A stretch of 64,000 nucleotides of DNA from Takakia lepidozioides (GCA_030704615.1 CM060731.1:93620001-93684000); one strand, 5' to 3'; positions 38,720 through 52,522 are shown, counted from the stretch's first letter. Program-made: numbers and translations. The notes: generated by a model from the sequence alone, not told the origin.

Positions 38720-41478
38720 GCAGGTACAGCACCGTGTGGGTTCCTCCAAATCATATCACCGTAGCGTGCTCTCGTATCTACCCGGATGGTGCAGCACTTC
38801 CTTTGAAATGCCGGCAATGTCCTTGCAATTCTCCACTATGACTCTGACACTCTTGTCTCGACAATGGGTATGTTGTACTGCGTGACGACATATGGCTCAT
38901 TATGTTCCTCGAGCACGTGCCCTGTGCTCAAAGGAGATGACGATCTTGAACGTGCAGGGCTTGCGGTGCTCGACGAGTCATCTTCAGGCAACATTACAGG
39001 ACCATGAGGGAGCGTGCGAATATTCTTATCAGCTCGCCAGGAATCCTCTTCTCCGCCAGGTGGCTCGTCAAGTTTTCGTCTCACTGGACGGGTGTGAACA
39101 CCTCCTTCCAAGTGTTGGCCTCTTCGAAGCAATGGCGTATCTCGAAGGCCCTCTCGCAAGGCTGCTGCCCACTTTCGAGGATCCGCATCAGCATTTCCTG
39201 CCTATCCGGCCCCAAGCCCCACTGTTTCCCTTTCAAGAATTCGTTGTACCTGGATTGCTGCATAATTGACCTCACAATGTCCTCTGTTGTGGCAGCGAGG
39301 ATGTCCACCAGATGCGCCACAGAGGAGGCACGCTAGGAAGAATGTACTGATTCGGCCATGTTTGTTGTCGGTATGTCGGTGTCGGAGTCCAGACACATTT
39401 CTTGCATATGCACATTCTTAGATTAGAAGCAAGTTACAAATAATGAATAGCATAATATTGAACGGGACGTGAAATCGTCCAACTCACCTCCCGCATATAG
39501 TCGCCGAACTGGAGGAAACGATAATGCCACCATGCTAGTCAATTGACCATTGCTCCCTCGTTTGATTTCTTTACAGCACCTGACGTTGTCCACCAAATCC
39601 GTATACATGCAAACTGTGTCTCTGCATCATCCAAGGTGGGAGCACGCGTCCACGCAAGACACATGGAACGGTGGTCCTCTCTGAATTCTGGCGCCACGAG
39701 CCTGGTTGTGTACTGCGACAAGCTCTGGAGAAAATGGAACCCACAAGATCTCTCCTTGCCTTCCATTGGAACATTGGGGTCTTCCCCGTACACCCTTCGG
39801 ATTGCAGCCCAATTTGCTTATGCGTTGTCCGCCATGAAACCACGGAAATTCAGCGGGGGCAATCCCGCCCTCGCCAGCTGTTCGTTTATTCCCTACCAAA
39901 GAAGCATCTCCAATTGTGTGTCCTCCCCTTTCATCTCACAAATAGCAATTGTCATTAGCATCCTGTAGTGGGGGTCGTACACATGTGCACCCATTGTTAC
40001 CCACTGGTGATTTGTAATTCGCTTGATATGGTCGAAAATTGTTTGACAAGTCTCCACTCGTCATCCGGTGGACCAGATCCACGCCGTTGCCATGCCCACA
40101 CGTTGACATTTTGAATACGAAACAACGATCTGCCTCAGTCCCTTGTCCTGGAAATCGACTTCCATGAATGTAGTCATATCGACATTGTCGCTTCACCTCC
40201 AGAATGGAGTGCATATCCGAGCCTCGCCCAATTTTCTGTTTGCAGGAGACAATGTGGTTTCGGACATTCTGAGAACAGACGTGGGACACTGACTCCAGCA
40301 ATTCCTTCATTTCTATCTCATCGAGATGAACTTTGTCAGCGCTATCTTCCGACATTATTCTGCCCAATGCCATCTTATGGGCAGCCTGCAGCTATATCTG
40401 TTTGGGTTTGGTACCAGGGCTCAACTTAACCTCCTCCTGAATGAGCTGCTCTGCCTCCTGGGCAGCCTCCCGCGAGTTCCCCCTCGCCAATTTGTGACAA
40501 TGCACACCAACGTGTATGCAAACTCGTGTGAGGTCAGGGAAACGGTGGCATACATAGAACTGTTTGGCATTACAAACAGACATGCAATGCGGTGGTTCTA
40601 TGCAATACGCACACTTAAATATGTAGTTTGGAACCTTTTCCTGAGCTCGAAATGGTTGATGAGTTGTGCCTGTCCAATCCATCTCGTTCTTGTGACCTCT
40701 GGATTTAAAGTGGAAGCAAGTTGGGGAGAAACACCGCAGCACGCCCGCACACACAACGTAGCGCACCGCACACCATCGAGCATCTTTATGCCGGTGGTTC
40801 TAGTGATGCACGAAGGATGACCGTCATGTTTCCTATCCATATCTGTCAACATTCCGGACGTCCTAGAATTGTCCGTTCGAGGAAGGAACTCAAAAAAGAT
40901 ATTGTCGTCGACGTCTGCGGGAAGGCGTGTCACGGATTGATTGTGAACTTGCTGTAGTCCAGCCCAGCTAGCTCGAAGCGGTGTCCCTCCGTCTGAAGCC
41001 CTCGCAGAATATCAAGAATGGATTGAGTTGCTGAGCTCGTGCTAGGAATATGACTCCCTCGTCCGCTGATGTCCATTGAGGACTTGCCTGATCTCCAGGA
41101 TGATTTTGGAACTTCCATGACCTCATCTGAGTCCGACAAGTTGTGAACAACCTAGTTCTCGCTCATCTTCATTGATGGGGGAGCCTTTGGATTAACTTCG
41201 TTAAGGATTTCTCTCTTTGAGCTATCAACTCCTAGATTCGCGGATTCTTTCGTGGATGGCGGCAAGAAAGAAGGCGCATTTGGCGGGCAAATGACGTCCC
41301 CAACAGCTCTGTATATGACGTTGTCCGATGGTGGAACTCGCCATTCCTTGCCGTTGCCAAAATCATCGTGGAGCACAACAATACTTTCGACTACAACTCC
41401 ATTTGAACCCTTCATTTCCTCCTCCAGGAATACTGACCCCGGTTTCAGGTGGTATCGTACGCAGAGATATTTCTCCAT
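38720..41478 (-). pseudogene. E2 Mutator-like (MULE) DDE transposase with N-terminal GCM/WRKY-like Zn domain, disrupted
   Basis: RYVVCAGVLRC..C..C..CIHVGVHCH; IFDHIKR (D1, about 40030); GFMADNA (D2, about 39830); ERSCGFHF (CxxH); TTNMAES (E, about 39355). Intron near 39400-39487; multiple stops and frameshifts. Confidence 0.82.
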
Positions 41479-42544
41479 AACCCGACAGATCCCCCCTCTG
41501 CATGGAAATGTAGCTCAATGCTCGTGAGGAGGGCAATACACTATAACGCTCGAGTTTTCAGCCATGGGAGATGTGGACACAAGACTGCGAGCACAACGTT
41601 CGAGCAACTGCCCTGGGAGAAGCGGGGATGCAGCGAGGCAAAGCAAAGCAGGGCCGATGTGGAGGAGCGTCGAAGCCTATTGACGAATTCGGCAAGCCCA
41701 CACTCCCAAAAATCCACTATCAGAGTTTTCATGAACCTTGTCTCCAAAATGCGGCCCCTGACCTTTGCTCAATAACTGCCAACGGTATGCAGTCAGAAAG
41801 CTGCAGACTATGCAGGTGCCCTGTGCAAACCAATAATTGCCGCATCTGACGAGAAGCGTGGGGGGGCGAGCGTGCAAGCACCTTCCCCATGGACAGAGGG
41901 AATTGAAAGAGGTGGCATTCCAGAGGGTCTGATTACAAGCTTGAGTGCTGGACCCTCTCAGGTAAAAATCAACATTCAACAAAATGCAACATTGCACAGA
42001 AAGTGGAACTTTGGTTCAAAGAAAAAAAAATATTAATAATGAACTGTGACAAGTATGCATGCCCTCACAAGCCGAGGTAAGCCAAAAGTATGCATGCAAT
42101 CCATGCTCAGCTAAGTTGGGAATTTGCTGTCGTGTTGCACTATTCTCACCAAGAAGGTGGAACCTCGATTGGCCTCTCAACAAGCTCATGACTGACAGGG
42201 TATCGGTAAGTGAAGACAATGGATGCAGCCCGCTCCCCTTTGGTGGGTGTCATGTCCTCCGATATATGCACCATCGTAAATGGAGATCTTTGCTATGGAG
42301 ACTCTATGTCCATAGGACTCATCCTCGTAGCTTAAGAGAATGTCCCCATAGACTGTTTGCGAGGGAATCCTCTGAGGCCTGTACGTACACCCGATGCAAT
42401 CCTCGTAGGCCCACTGGCAGCACCTCCAATGATACAGGAAGGCCGTGCGGCTTTTGGGGATGTTCCATGCAGGCGGATACTGCAGATCGACGATTCGCAG
42501 GCACCAGAGCCCCGCAATCCCGTCCCCGCAAGGGGGGCTGAAAA

Positions 42545-43036
42545 TCCATGAGTAGTGAGCAGTGAGCAGTGAGCAGGTTTTGCCGAACGTCACCGAACCG
42601 TCCGGACCTGTTTGCCGAACCACTTCTAGGTTCGAAGTTCGGGATAGGTTCGGTTTATAGAATATTCCCATTTTGGATTCCAAATGAGATTTTACTAAAT
42701 TTATATTGCATATAACCCCTCAAATGTTGAAAGTTTGGCACCGAACACCATTTCATACACTAAAAAAAAATTGAAGGGAAAAAAAATTAAAAAAAATAAA
42801 AATCTGTATTTTAGAAAACGTAGGTGCCAGCGCCGAACAGTGCCATAGGTTCGAAAGTGGTCCGAACTAGTTCGGCATAGGCTCAGCACAGGTTTGGAAG
42901 AATATTCCTCGATAGAATATTCCTCCACATAGGCTCGGCACTGGTTCAAAAGAATATTCTTTGGATATTTGATATATTCTATGAATATTCCCTTAAGTTT
43001 GGTACTGTTCGGCAAAACCTGCTCACTGCTCATGGA
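42545..43036. mobile_element. MITE-like insertion with about 30-bp inverted termini
   Basis: Left TCCATGAG..(GAGCAGT)n..GAGCAGGTTTTGCCGAAC (42545-42588) versus right GTTCGGCAAAACCTGCTCACTGCTCATGGA (43007-43036); AT-rich interior. TSD not identified. Confidence 0.6.
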
Positions 43037-43529
43037 GTTCTGCTCATGGAAAACTCAACCTCCCCGCGAGGCTGATCGTGGAAGCCAGGAAGGTACTCAA
43101 CAGCGGACAGGTGGACCTACCTCTGCTGAGACTGGTCTATCCAATCCTGCAGGAATATGAAAATGTCCCCTGACTTGGGCGAGAAATTCCATAGGGTGAG
43201 ACCACCGTTGGGGCAATTGCTGGGATCCTAGCACGCCATCGCCGAGTAATGAAAGGGCTGCTAGGAAGCAGAGAGGGAGTGCAAGGAAGTGGGAGTGTGG
43301 GAGGAGAGGAAGTGAGAAGAGCTCAGAGCGAGGAACTGGTCTTGCTGGGTCGGGTTGAAACGCAGTGGGTGACGGGGAAATTTGGACAAGTGGCAAACAA
43401 ATGCGCATCATTTAATATGTCCATACCCAGGAATGAGGCACAGCATTTACTTCGTGGTCGGCTCCATAAAACCGAGTCCCGCGAAAGACCTCCTGGGGGA
43501 GATGGCACCAACATGTTCATCCAAGTCCA

Positions 43530-44975
43530 TCCCCTGGATGGAAAAACGGCGCCGAATTTGCATCCAGGGGGGTTTGGATGGAGTCGTCTCGGGGGTAGGG
43601 AGCAACAGGTGGAACTCCAAGTCCATCCCTCGGATGGAAAAATGGTGCCAAATTTCCATCCGAGGGGGTCGGATTAAGTCGTCTCGGGGGGAGAGGCCTC
43701 CACGTGGATGCCAGATTCCATCCCCCGGATGGAAAAATGGCACCGAATTTCCATCCGAGGGGACTCGGATGAAGTCGTCTCGGGGGGAGAGGCCTCCACA
43801 TGGATGCCAGATTCCATCCCCCGGATGGAAAAATGACGCCGAATTTCCATCCGAGGGGACTCGGATGAAGTCGTCTCGGGGGGAGAGGCCTCCACGTGGA
43901 TGCCAGAATCCATCCCCCGGATGGAAAAATGGCGCCGAATTTCCATCCGAGGGGGCTCGGATGAAGTCGTCTCGGGGGAAGAGGCCTCCACGTGGATGCC
44001 AGATTCCATCCCCCGGATAGAAAAATGGCGCCGAATTTCCATCCGATGGAGCCGTCCTGAACCATTTTCAGTCGTTACTTCGTTTTTTCTGAGTTTTTTT
44101 GTGTAATTCGGCCCTAAACATACAGTTTTCTTCCTCGAGGCCTTTTTTGTGGACCTTACCGCTACAAATCTCATTCGCTAGATGGAAGGCGCCGTTTTTC
44201 CATCCAGGGGGCTCCGGATGAAGTCGTCTTGGGGGAATGTTGGGCCAGGTTGCGCCAGGAGTTCATCCGCTGGATGGAAATTCGGCGCCGTTTTGCCATC
44301 CAGGGGCTTGTCGATGAGGTCGTCTCGGGGGGAGGTTGGGCCAGGTGGCGCTCCGACTTCATCCGCTGGATGGAAATGCGGCGCCGTTTCTCCATCCAGG
44401 GGCTTGTGGATGAGGTCGTCTCGGGGGGAGGGAGGGCCAGGTGGCGCTCCGACTTTATCCGCTGGATGGAAATTTGGCACTGTTTTTCCATCCAGGGGCC
44501 TGTCGATGAGTTCGTTTCGGGGGGAGGTCGGCTCAGGTGGCACTCCGACTTCATCCGCTGGATGGAAATTCAGCGCCGTTTCTCCATCCAGGGGCTTGTG
44601 GATGAGGTCGTCTCGGGGGGAGGGAGGGCCAGGTGGCGCTCAGACTTCATCCGCTGGATGGAAATTTAGCGCCATTTTTCCATGCAGGGGCTTGTGGATC
44701 ATGAGGTCGTCTCGGGGGGAGGGAGGGCCAGGTGGCGCTCCGACTTCATCAGCTGGAGGGAAATTCGGCGCCGTTTTTCCATCCAGGGGCTTGTGGATGA
44801 TGACGTCTCGGGGGGAGGGAGGGCCAGGTGGCGCTCCGACTTCATCCGCTGGATGGAAATTCGGTGCCATTTTTCCATCCAGGGGCTTGTGGATGATGAT
44901 GTCTCGGGCGGAGGGAGGGCCACGTGGCGCTCCGACTTCATCCGCTAGATGGAAATTTGGTGCCGTTTTTACATC
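43530..44975. repeat. E2 palindrome array: two sub-arrays of about 96-bp units, each unit carrying GGATGGAAAAATGGCGCCGAATTTCCATCC or its reverse
   Basis: About 6 units in 43530-44045 and about 8-9 units in 44180-44975. The 32-aa periodic ORFs reflect the 96-bp period. Confidence 0.95.
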
Positions 44976-45668
44976 CAGCGGACTGTCGATAAAGTCTCGG
45001 GGAGAGGGAGGGCCAGGTGGCGCCAGGAGGCGAGCTCGATACCTATGACATTGAAGGGCGCCGGCCCGCATTCATTGTCCGCCGTCATCGGTTTTGAACC
45101 GGACGTTCCGCACGGATTCCGCACTTGCTTCCCGGATACGCCTGGAACCCCTGATGTGACGGGTGGATGAAGTTCCGTTCGAGGTGTGCCACCACGCATT
45201 CTGCGGGAGATTTTTCTGTTATTCGGACTTATGCCGCATGAAGAAGGGCGTGGCTCTCCTGAGAGAAACCCCACATCCAGACTGCGGCGCAAACTCAAAC
45301 CTTTGTACTACGGGCCGCGTTCAACGTCTCGCATGGCCAAATTGAAGCTCCAGCAGGAGATCCCTTTGTCTTGCTCACAGCCCACGCCAATTGAAGTCGA
45401 GCACTCTCAGGCGAGCCCCTGCTTCTTCCACTCTGTGTAACATGTGTCGTCGTCTTCTTCGCTTTGTTTTGTTTGTTTTGTTATCCTTCTGCATGTGCTT
45501 TTGCATGTGATTGTTAGCCATTAGTTGATTTTGCTTTGATGGTTGTTTCATGCCACACCTTACTCTGCCTCTCATGACTGTGGCTCGTTTGTTGCCTTTG
45601 TTGGTGGACGGGAGGCCCTGGAGCGGGAGTATGCCCGAATAGGCATTTGGGAGGTTGGTGCAATCGGC

Positions 45669-47418
45669 ATGGCAGGTGCAGGGCGACGAAAACAGCCAGC
45701 AGATCCACCCATCGAGGAAGTTGATGCACATGTAGGAGGGCCCGCCCACGCAAAGAAGAAGAAGAAAACATGCAATCCCCGGTGAGAGAGCCATCACAGG
45801 TTGCGGAGGGGGGAGTGAACAGAACACCCACGAAGGCGCGTGAGGGTATGAGTTCCCTAGGGTCGAAGGTGGTCGTCCTGGAGGCCTCCCCTGCAACTAC
45901 GCCAAGTAAGAAACAGAAGGCCCGTGAGAGGGCAAAAGAGAGGGCAAGAGAAGAGGCGAGAGAGAAGGCCACTGAAGAGGCCAGAGAAAAGGCAGTGATA
46001 GATGCCTATGTAAGCGAGAGAGGCACAACAGAAAACCTGCATCCTCTAAGACACCAGAAAGAGGCACTAAGACACCGGCTGCATCCTTGCTGGTTACACC
46101 ATCGCGGGTGGCAGCAGAAGGTGCAATTGCCCATACAGTGGAGACTGAGGGAGGGGATAAAACACCACACACACCACAGTATGTGGCAGGTGGAGGGGCA
46201 GATGCAGTTGCCACGGGGAGAGGGTAGGACGAACTTCTGGTGGTGCATGTGGGAGTTGAGGAGGACGAGAGGGACCTTTCTGACCAGGATGACATCCTCC
46301 CGGAGATCCCCAAGCCCCAAACCGGTCCTGGGAGGCATGGTCTACCCGGCAAAGCTGCGGATTCCTCTCTGCCGCTTGATATCATTGCAGGTGGTCAGAC
46401 CTACCCTCCCAAGCAATATCGACAAGCTGAAATTCTCTTTCCAGGACGGATATCGAATGGGGTCTGCCGCGTTTTATGTCTCGATTGAGAACGACCACGG
46501 AGCTTCTCGTGCACACATTTCCGAGGAACTCGACAAAAGGGGCCCCCATTGGCAAAGGCGAAATGAGGAGTTCGAGAAATTAATTGCTAACGATCCTCTT
46601 TTCCAGCACTTGTCTGGGACTATGTGTGGGACGACAACCATCGGCTCCTGGCATGGATGGAGCACATAGCCCAAGCCCACCCCAACAAGCTAGATTGACA
46701 TTACGCCATGGAGTGTCTTATGCTGAAGATTGCGGGGCCAAAGAATCGCAGTCTTCTCAAAGCCGCTATGGCAGACATCAACTCGTAAGTTAAAATGCTC
46801 CTTGCACGGGAACTTTCAATTTCAAACACTCATTGCATTGCCAATCGTCTCATTTATTTTAGTCTCGTTTATTGGAAACGTCGCATTGCAGGGTGATTGA
46901 GAATGCCTTCATTGCCACCAACTTGTCCCACATGCTCTTTCGAGTGAAGGATGTCGGGAAGCAGGGGGTGCAAGAGTTTGCCAATTCCCTCAGTGCCGAT
47001 CTCCTGCGCAAGTCCGAGGCAAAGGCAGACAGAACCTGGTATAGGCTGAGCATGGACGCCATGGTGGACTACATATTTTGGGTATTGCGATCTGCTCTCT
47101 TCATTTGTTGATCTAATCAGTATTTGCTCCCCCAATTGAAGAAATAGTGTGGATCAGGATTTCTAATCTTATGTGGGCATTGTTGACAGACGAAAATTGA
47201 CCAGGATTTGGCACATGCGAGGAGGTTCTACATGGAGTCAGAGGAGAAGAAACTCGCCCTCCCGACACTGGAATTGTATCTCCAAGCTGCGGAGGCAAAG
47301 GCTCGCATCAAGTACAAGTCGCGGATGGTGAAATACGTGGCCATTGCTGATCCCGCCCTTGGTGCAGACTTTCTGGTGGAGGTGGGGAAGCACTACTCCC
47401 GCGCTCTTATGCCCACCA
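45669..47418 (+). pseudogene. E2 cargo: spliced ParB/Srx-like domain gene, 3'-truncated
   Basis: LRIPLCRLISLQVVRP..IDKLKFSFQDGY..FYVS..YVWDDNHRLLAW..AMADINS. Introns 46785-46891 and 47082-47189 are at the same positions as in E3. Collinear with the E3 gene up to HYSRALMPT. Confidence 0.75.
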
Positions 47419-47419
47419 G

Positions 47420-48727
47420 ATGTGACAGGCATCTGGTGGGATCATGGTGGTTGGACCATTAAAGAATTTGAAGTGAATCAAATTCCCTGTGGAACGAAGG
47501 AAGAAAGATTGTCCAAACAATTCTTTCAAAGGTTCTTGGAATTGCCAGACGGTTATAAAGAAAATATTCTTAAACGAGTGCATGATGCTGATCCGGAATG
47601 GGGTCTGGAGAAAGGAGTGATAAAGATTTATCAGGTAGCCTGTAGAGGAAGAGCACGTTGGTTACCACATTGGTATTGTGATAGCATTGCTATCCATTAA
47701 GCGAGTAGAGTTTGAAGGCTGGGAAGAAAGAAAGGTGAATGTTTATACTCATATGCATGAAGAGCTTGTACTGGTAAAGAATTGGATTCCAAAGGATATT
47801 TTGTGGATCAAACTCACACCAAGAACAGCTTTTCAGACTTGTTTGCCATATGGTTATATGGTAACGGAGACTTCAAGTATAGCCAAGGGTGCATTGAAGC
47901 TTGAAAGAAACCCAGGCATATACGAGAGATATTACAGAAGAGAGTTTTGGTTATGGCCACATTAAAAAGAAATGAAAGACATGGGACATGAGTGATGAAA
48001 GAGAAGCTAGACGCCAGAGATATTCAGCAAAAGAGAAAGCTATCTGAAAGCTAATTATCCATATCTTTGGGAGAGAGGAATAGACATAGGGGAATCATCT
48101 GGACCTCTCACACCATTAAGATCAAAGAGTACATCACCCATACCAGAAGAACTAGAGTTGGATGCCACTCCTTCTGTTTCTTTGCAAGAAAGATTAAGGG
48201 AATTGGTACAGGAAGAAGATCAATCACGAGGTGAAAGATCTGAGGTACATCCCTGGATAAAAGATTTGAAAGAAATCTTTGATAAGAGTTGGCATGGAAC
48301 ACCAAAAGCAGGAACTCCAGTTTCTGAAGCAGAAGGTGAAGAAGGAGAAGAGGATGTGGCAGAGCCAACGGAGAGTTCAGACTCTCCAACACCATTACAG
48401 TTGAGTTACATGAGTGAAGAAGAAACCCAAGGGCAGAACTTGGAGGATGAAAACAGAGAGAAGAAATTGGAAGAGGAAGGATATGAAGAAGTAGACCCAA
48501 CAGCTGAGGTTGAGACTACAACCAGGACATCCCAACCCGTTGGACCTGGATCAAGTGGAGCACTTGGATCACAGGCCAACGAAGGTGTCGGCTCAGGGGG
48601 ATCAGGCGGGCTGCCTGGATCTGGCTCTGGGGGGACAGGGAGTGTGGGGAGTAGTGCAACTGAAGCTGGGAATACTGTGAATATCGTGGGGCCGGAAGCA
48701 GGGAGTGCTAAACCTCAAAACAGATAA
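47420..48727 (+). pseudogene. Decayed ORF of unknown function, probably a retrotransposon accessory gene
   Basis: Abrupt change to purine-rich coding-like sequence at the truncation of the E2 cargo; chained ORFs ending in an acidic/Gly-rich tail. No motif recognised. Confidence 0.3.
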
Positions 48728-49724
48728 TGCATCAAATTTACCTCCCACACTGCATATGGTGTGAGCTGATGGCTTGTATGTCTTCACTTTTAACTCTTGC
48801 AAAAGTTAAAAATATTTATTTGTAATGGTAGTCACCACCGGATCAGTCCATTCCTTACAAGGAAAACACCCTGCGGCTCCTGACCATATCACACATTGTC
48901 CTCTTCTGGAGCAGTCCCCAGGACATTCTGGCGGCAAAACCAAAGAGACTCAAAGAGCTCAAATAGAAATCCTACCCCCCAGACAACATGATCTTCCAGT
49001 CTAATACCACCACTCAAACAAAGTGCTTCATTCTGCACACACATCTAGTTCTTGTTTGACAACAAACAAAGTGCATTCTTCTAGCTAGAAAGCTCGTACA
49101 TCAGCTAAAAATGAAAAAGACAGCAAAGGCAGTTTAGTTCCCATATTCCTTCCATTTGTCCTGCAAATTGCACAGCCAGAACTTAACATTGTTACTCAGC
49201 TTCAACGCACAGCATCCAATTTCTCACGACGTCAATCATGTAGAGAAGTGGAAATGTAAACAAGCAAGCCCTTTGTATATGTCCAAATCTTTCAATCAAA
49301 GAAATTCATCCACGATTACTAGTTCAACTGCTGACAGGGTAACTGTAAGTCACATGCACTCTAAACAGTTCTGAATCGCAGAAAATAAACTATTTCCGAC
49401 CTACGCATTATAGACAGCAGGGTGAATGTAGCTCAGCGATCCATTCACCGAGTACACATGGAAAACATAATCTTCCAGAAAATTCCATATCTTACCAGTA
49501 CGGTATGTTCAGTCAATGGATGTTTGCTTCCATTGTCTACCTATTCTAGCAAATTTGTTCTATGACTGAAATTGCTACGCATGTCACAATTCACCTGAAA
49601 TGCCAAATAGGACTCCTTGAAAACTCTATGACAACTTTCATCAGCCTGAGACTGGTCACTGACCACCGCACAAGCCAAACCCGAATTCCTTGTAAGCCTT
49701 TGAGTATTAGAGACTCGCTCATCC

Positions 49725-50606
49725 TTACACAGTGGTATTCAAAATTGAAGTCAACACCCCCAGAACCATGAAGGCTAGCATCGGACTAAGATCAAGGGCG
49801 TTAAAAAGGGGGGGATAATGTTCCTGAAGAGGTTCAAGTATGGGTCACACATATCACGAATGGCTTGAAGTGGCTGCCGCTCCCATGGTATATTTGGAAA
49901 CCAACTTAGAAGCATGCGCACCATGAGAACTCCAACCACTTGGCCATGCCACTGGCCACCACAGTAAGAGGCGTATTCACAGCCCTTGTCTTACTTATAG
50001 CTGCAAAAAAGAGTGGGGCCGCTGCGCACATGAGTCTCCCCTTTAAGACGGCAACAAGTTCCATCTCTTCTTTCGTTTTCGAATTTCCTGGGAGTCTTGT
50101 GGTAGTTAGGGTTTCTCCCAAGACCCTTGCAGCTCGCACCAGTGCTTCAGAGATGATGGCTACCGCCACCAAGGTTCTCGAGAGAGCTGCTACAGTGGCA
50201 GTAACGAATCCATCAACAGTCAAAGCCACTCTAGGGTTCGGATGTGGGGCCTCCACCATGGCCGGCAGGGGACTAGCCCTGCAAGTAGTCAAACCCTTTC
50301 TGCTGGGAAGCTTACTGGTCAGTAGTCCCTGAGACAAAATCATGGAGAAGAATTCATAAGAGAAGCTGATAGGATTCCATTTGAGATGCAAGAAATGCAC
50401 GCGCAGGATTGCAAACAGTACAATTGGGGACGTCGATAGGCCTCAAAGCTGCTTCTCACAGGCATTATTCCCTCTATTCTAAAAGACATGGTGGAGGCAG
50501 ATAGGGAAGGCATTATTTTCCCCGTCATCAAATCGAAAGGAGGAAAACAGGCGCAAGCATCAAAAGACAGAGGAAGGGCGGAATCGAAGAGTATCATCAG
50601 TAGCAT
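49725..50606 (-). pseudogene. YLMG1: YlmG/YGGT family protein (YLMG1-like, plastid), frameshifted
   Basis: NTPLTVVASGMAKWLE../LMVRMLLSWFPNIPWERQPLQAIRDMCDPYLNLFRNIIPP../NALDLSPMLAFMVLGVL matches plant YLMG1. Two frameshifts (about 49930, about 49810). Start position uncertain. Confidence 0.85.
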
Positions 50607-51580
50607 CAGTGGCCTGATGAGAGGCTAGCGGCACAGCACCTGCCGGCAATCGCCCACAAGCTACAGGTTTAGTGAGCCTAGAATCTAACAAATAGAGAGG
50701 GTTAACAATTAACACTAGTACCTATCCAGGTTGGGTCGGTGTGTACCTGGCAGTGTTGGACTTGGTATGTCCCATTTTTTAATACCAGACTGGTCCTGGT
50801 ATGAAGGTCCAACCCCTTTTTTCATACCAGGCTGGTATACAGGTATGATATGAGCAACTTGGGTCCCAATCTGGTGTGAGTAGTTGTATTTTGGGCTGTG
50901 TATGAGTATGGTACTAGTATTGTTAGTATTGTCTTTCGTTTTCTAGTGATGTTGGGGGTATATGAGCACTGGTATGGTATTTATATTGCTCACCATACAT
51001 AGAAATAAAGGTTTTTCTGTGAGTGCCACACATGGAATATTGGAGCGAAGCGATGTAGATCGCCCCGTATTTTGCGGTGAGTAGGATTGGGACTTAGCCG
51101 TTTCGCAAGTCCCCTCTCACTGCTACCGAATGTTTCTCTCCCCCTCCCTCTCTCTCCCCTTCTTGGATGTGATCATCCTTATGCGACCTTCACGACCGGC
51201 TTCGCAGGGTTTATCTTCATGGCTCTTGTCTTTTTTCTCTTCATTTGGTGACATGGGGATGCGTGTTCCGCTGTGAAACTGCCAAGCGAAGCCTTCCCTT
51301 CTGTTACGTTTCCCTCCCTGTGCTGATTCGCCACATGATGTCTTCTCTGCCCTTCTCAGTGGCAGTTCAACTCATTGAGGGGTTCTCCTACTTTCAAGGG
51401 CACTTGAAGTAACTGCACATAAGTGACACTCTCCTCCTCTTATATCTACTCTGCTCTTTGTTCCTTCTCCCTTGCAACCTTGTTTGTTGTCATCTGTCCT
51501 CTCCGCTCTCCTTGCTGTTGCGGCAGCTGTCTTCTTGATTCTCAACTATCTTCCGACTGTTTTCTTTCCTCCCATTCTTC

Positions 51581-51909
51581 ATGGCTCCTCTGATCAACAC
51601 GACGTCTGGAGGGCCCCCAAGGCTAGCCACTTATCGGGCCAACAGGGCCTATCGCGAACGGAGAAGAAGTTGGAACAACAATAGACACAATGGCTCCGGG
51701 CTCCTGGGCACTCCTCTCTTCTCTTCCTCCCCCCCGGGTAGTCAATCTGAGATTTGGAGTGAGGTGGCTGCGATCCTGTATGAAGACCAACCTGTTCTCC
51801 AATTGGACATGAGCATTGTTAAAGATCATTCCAAACTTTTGTCAGAGCAAGGGATCTTGCTGCATTTCCCTGGGAGGGTTCGTGACCGTCATTGGGCTCG
51901 TATGTGGAC
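51581..51909 (+). mobile_element. Possible LINE ORF1 5' fragment cut by an LTR
   Basis: Basic N-terminus then PVLQLD..KLLSEQGILLHFPGR..WARMW, resembling the start of plant LINE ORF1; preceded by a CT-rich leader. Confidence 0.3.
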
Positions 51910-52522
51910 TGTCGTGCACCTCACTTTGGTAAACTCCCCTTCAAGTCATAGTTACTCGCTTTGATGCGCGCGCCTAATTCCCAAACTGGCCGTCGGACCA
52001 ACTCGGAGCTTCGGCTGCTCGCCGGGGCATAACGGTCCCCATTGCGCCTCCAAAAGACCCTCCACCACTTTGGGCCTAGTGGAAATTCCCTTTGGTAGAT
52101 GGCAGTCCAGAATAACTCCCCACACCTTGGTCATTTTCCGGCTCGCACGCTTACTCACTAGCTTTTGGTCACCAACGGGCTTGCACCGTTCTCGGGGTTA
52201 CTACTTCCTATATATACTTCTGTAGGTGTCCGCGGGGGTTTCACAAACAACACAGTCTTTTTATGGTGAACCACCACGAAGACCCTCAACCTTTTGTGGT
52301 GAGTCGCGGTGAGTCTTGGCCCACCCACCACGGCCCCAATGGACCCCCACCACCACAACCCGGTTTACGGGGCTCCACCTAGTGAGCACCTCCGCCATCT
52401 TGAGTGCCTTCAGCACTCAAGGGTGCTTCAGCCCCCTTTCCTATTCGCTGCCGCTGCCCCCACCACATGGGCAGCCCCTCTTGTATCCCGACCCCCAGCC
52501 CTCAAGGCAAAGGGCCGCGACA
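51910..52522 (-). mobile_element. Isolated LTR of the gypsy family at 38052 (internal deletion, no matching TSD)
   Basis: TGTCG...GCGACA termini; high similarity to 38052-38709. Confidence 0.9.

Noticed and set aside
43382-45071. Long ORFs with 32-aa repeats on both strands
   Set aside because: By-products of a 96-bp GC-rich DNA repeat open in several frames; conservation is of the DNA palindrome.
51910-52522. Clean solo LTR from intra-element recombination
   Set aside because: Flanks (TGGAC / CACAC) do not form a TSD, so it is a rearranged product.
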